A DNA stretch of 64,000 bases from Coniocarpon cinnabarinum. Lineage: Eukaryota. Below, one piece after another: positions 63,408 through 64,000 of the stretch. The notes beneath the pieces are model-generated. The model saw only the letters and a list, made by a program, of their open reading frames with translations. It was not told the origin of the DNA and searched no databases. Numbering within the stretch: position 1 is the stretch's first letter; every line of letters starts with the position of its first letter. The translations under genes were made by a program, and so were the position numbers. Location: assembly GCA_051942205.1 (NCBI GenBank), contig JAVECO010000023.1:1-64000 (forward strand), given 5' to 3'.

Positions 63408-64000
63408 TCACTTGGCTCGCCATCCCCTCTCCCTCATTTTCTTCTTGTTCTTCCCACGACTGAGGTTCTTCATTGCCTTGAAATTTGTGGCAAGGGCATG
63501 TTTGCCCGCCACTTGCTGTCCATGACCACTCTTCTTCGCAATCTTGCCGTTCTGGACGTTCTGACTGGTGCTGGCGCTGGTTATGACGGAAGACTTGTTG
63601 ATCATGGGCAATTCATCGAAGTCATCTTCTCCTTTCGTGTCAACGTCGTTGGCGACGAGGGTGCTCGTCTGGACATTAGGGGCGTCGGGAGTATCTTCGT
63701 GAGACGAAGCGCGCATTGCGCCTTCCAATGCCAACCTGGCGGCCTCCGCCCGACCTTCAATGTGTCCTTCGACACTTGAAAGGGCGAAGGCGACGGAGTC
63801 GACTGTAGGAGCCGAGGATCTGTGGCGTTTCCGGGCAGGCTCACCCCGGACTTTGTCTTCAGACTCGTCGTCGTCATGAGCCTCCTGGTCTTTCGCGAAC
63901 GTGAATGACATAGTGTTGGAGGTGGCGGTGTCAGTAGCGGAGCCTCTGGGGTGCGCAGGGGCCGATGGCGGCAGCATTGCCTTCTCAGGCATAAGTGCCG
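63408..64000 (-). CDS. 3' part of a hypothetical protein with a basic C-terminus; probably starts beyond the window
   Basis: At least 194 open codons ending KNKKKMRERGWRAK; frame open to the window edge. Confidence 0.6.
   Translation of the reverse strand, partial: ALMPEKAMLPPSAPAHPRGSATDTATSNTMSFTFAKDQEAHDDDESEDKVRGEPARKRHRSSAPTVDSVAFALSSVEGHIEGRAEAARLALEGAMRASSHEDTPDAPNVQTSTLVANDVDTKGEDDFDELPMINKSSVITSASTSQNVQNGKIAKKSGHGQQVAGKHALATNFKAMKNLSRGKNKKKMRERGWRAK

Overview
This is eukaryotic DNA from a filamentous ascomycete (Pezizomycotina-type genes, short GT-AG introns with CTRAC/CTRAY branch points). The window is gene-dense and mostly housekeeping, with about 24 protein-coding genes: a peroxisomal enoyl-CoA hydratase, two Zn2Cys6 transcription factors, an EMP47-like lectin, HEM4, MRPL19, a Fus3/Kss1 MAPK, ERV1, SEC24, alpha-COP, SGD1/NOM1, a Pac2-type WOPR regulator, RAD54, a Na+/H+ antiporter, LRO1, allantoinase and several hypothetical proteins. 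I saw no rRNA, tRNA or CRISPR. Five observations stand out. (1) The alpha-COP gene is otherwise intact but stops after 872 aa and lacks the whole C-terminal epsilon-COP-binding domain, with no room for it before SEC24. (2) A decayed NACHT/NLR-type gene carries a 221-bp hAT-like MITE with a perfect 8-bp target-site duplication. (3) A 525-bp fold-back element between RAD54 and the antiporter has arms that differ almost only by transitions (RIP-like). (4) The RAD54 start codon appears to be split by an intron. (5) There is an orphan His-rich small secreted protein candidate. All gene models were spliced by eye and family calls come from motif recognition, not database searches.
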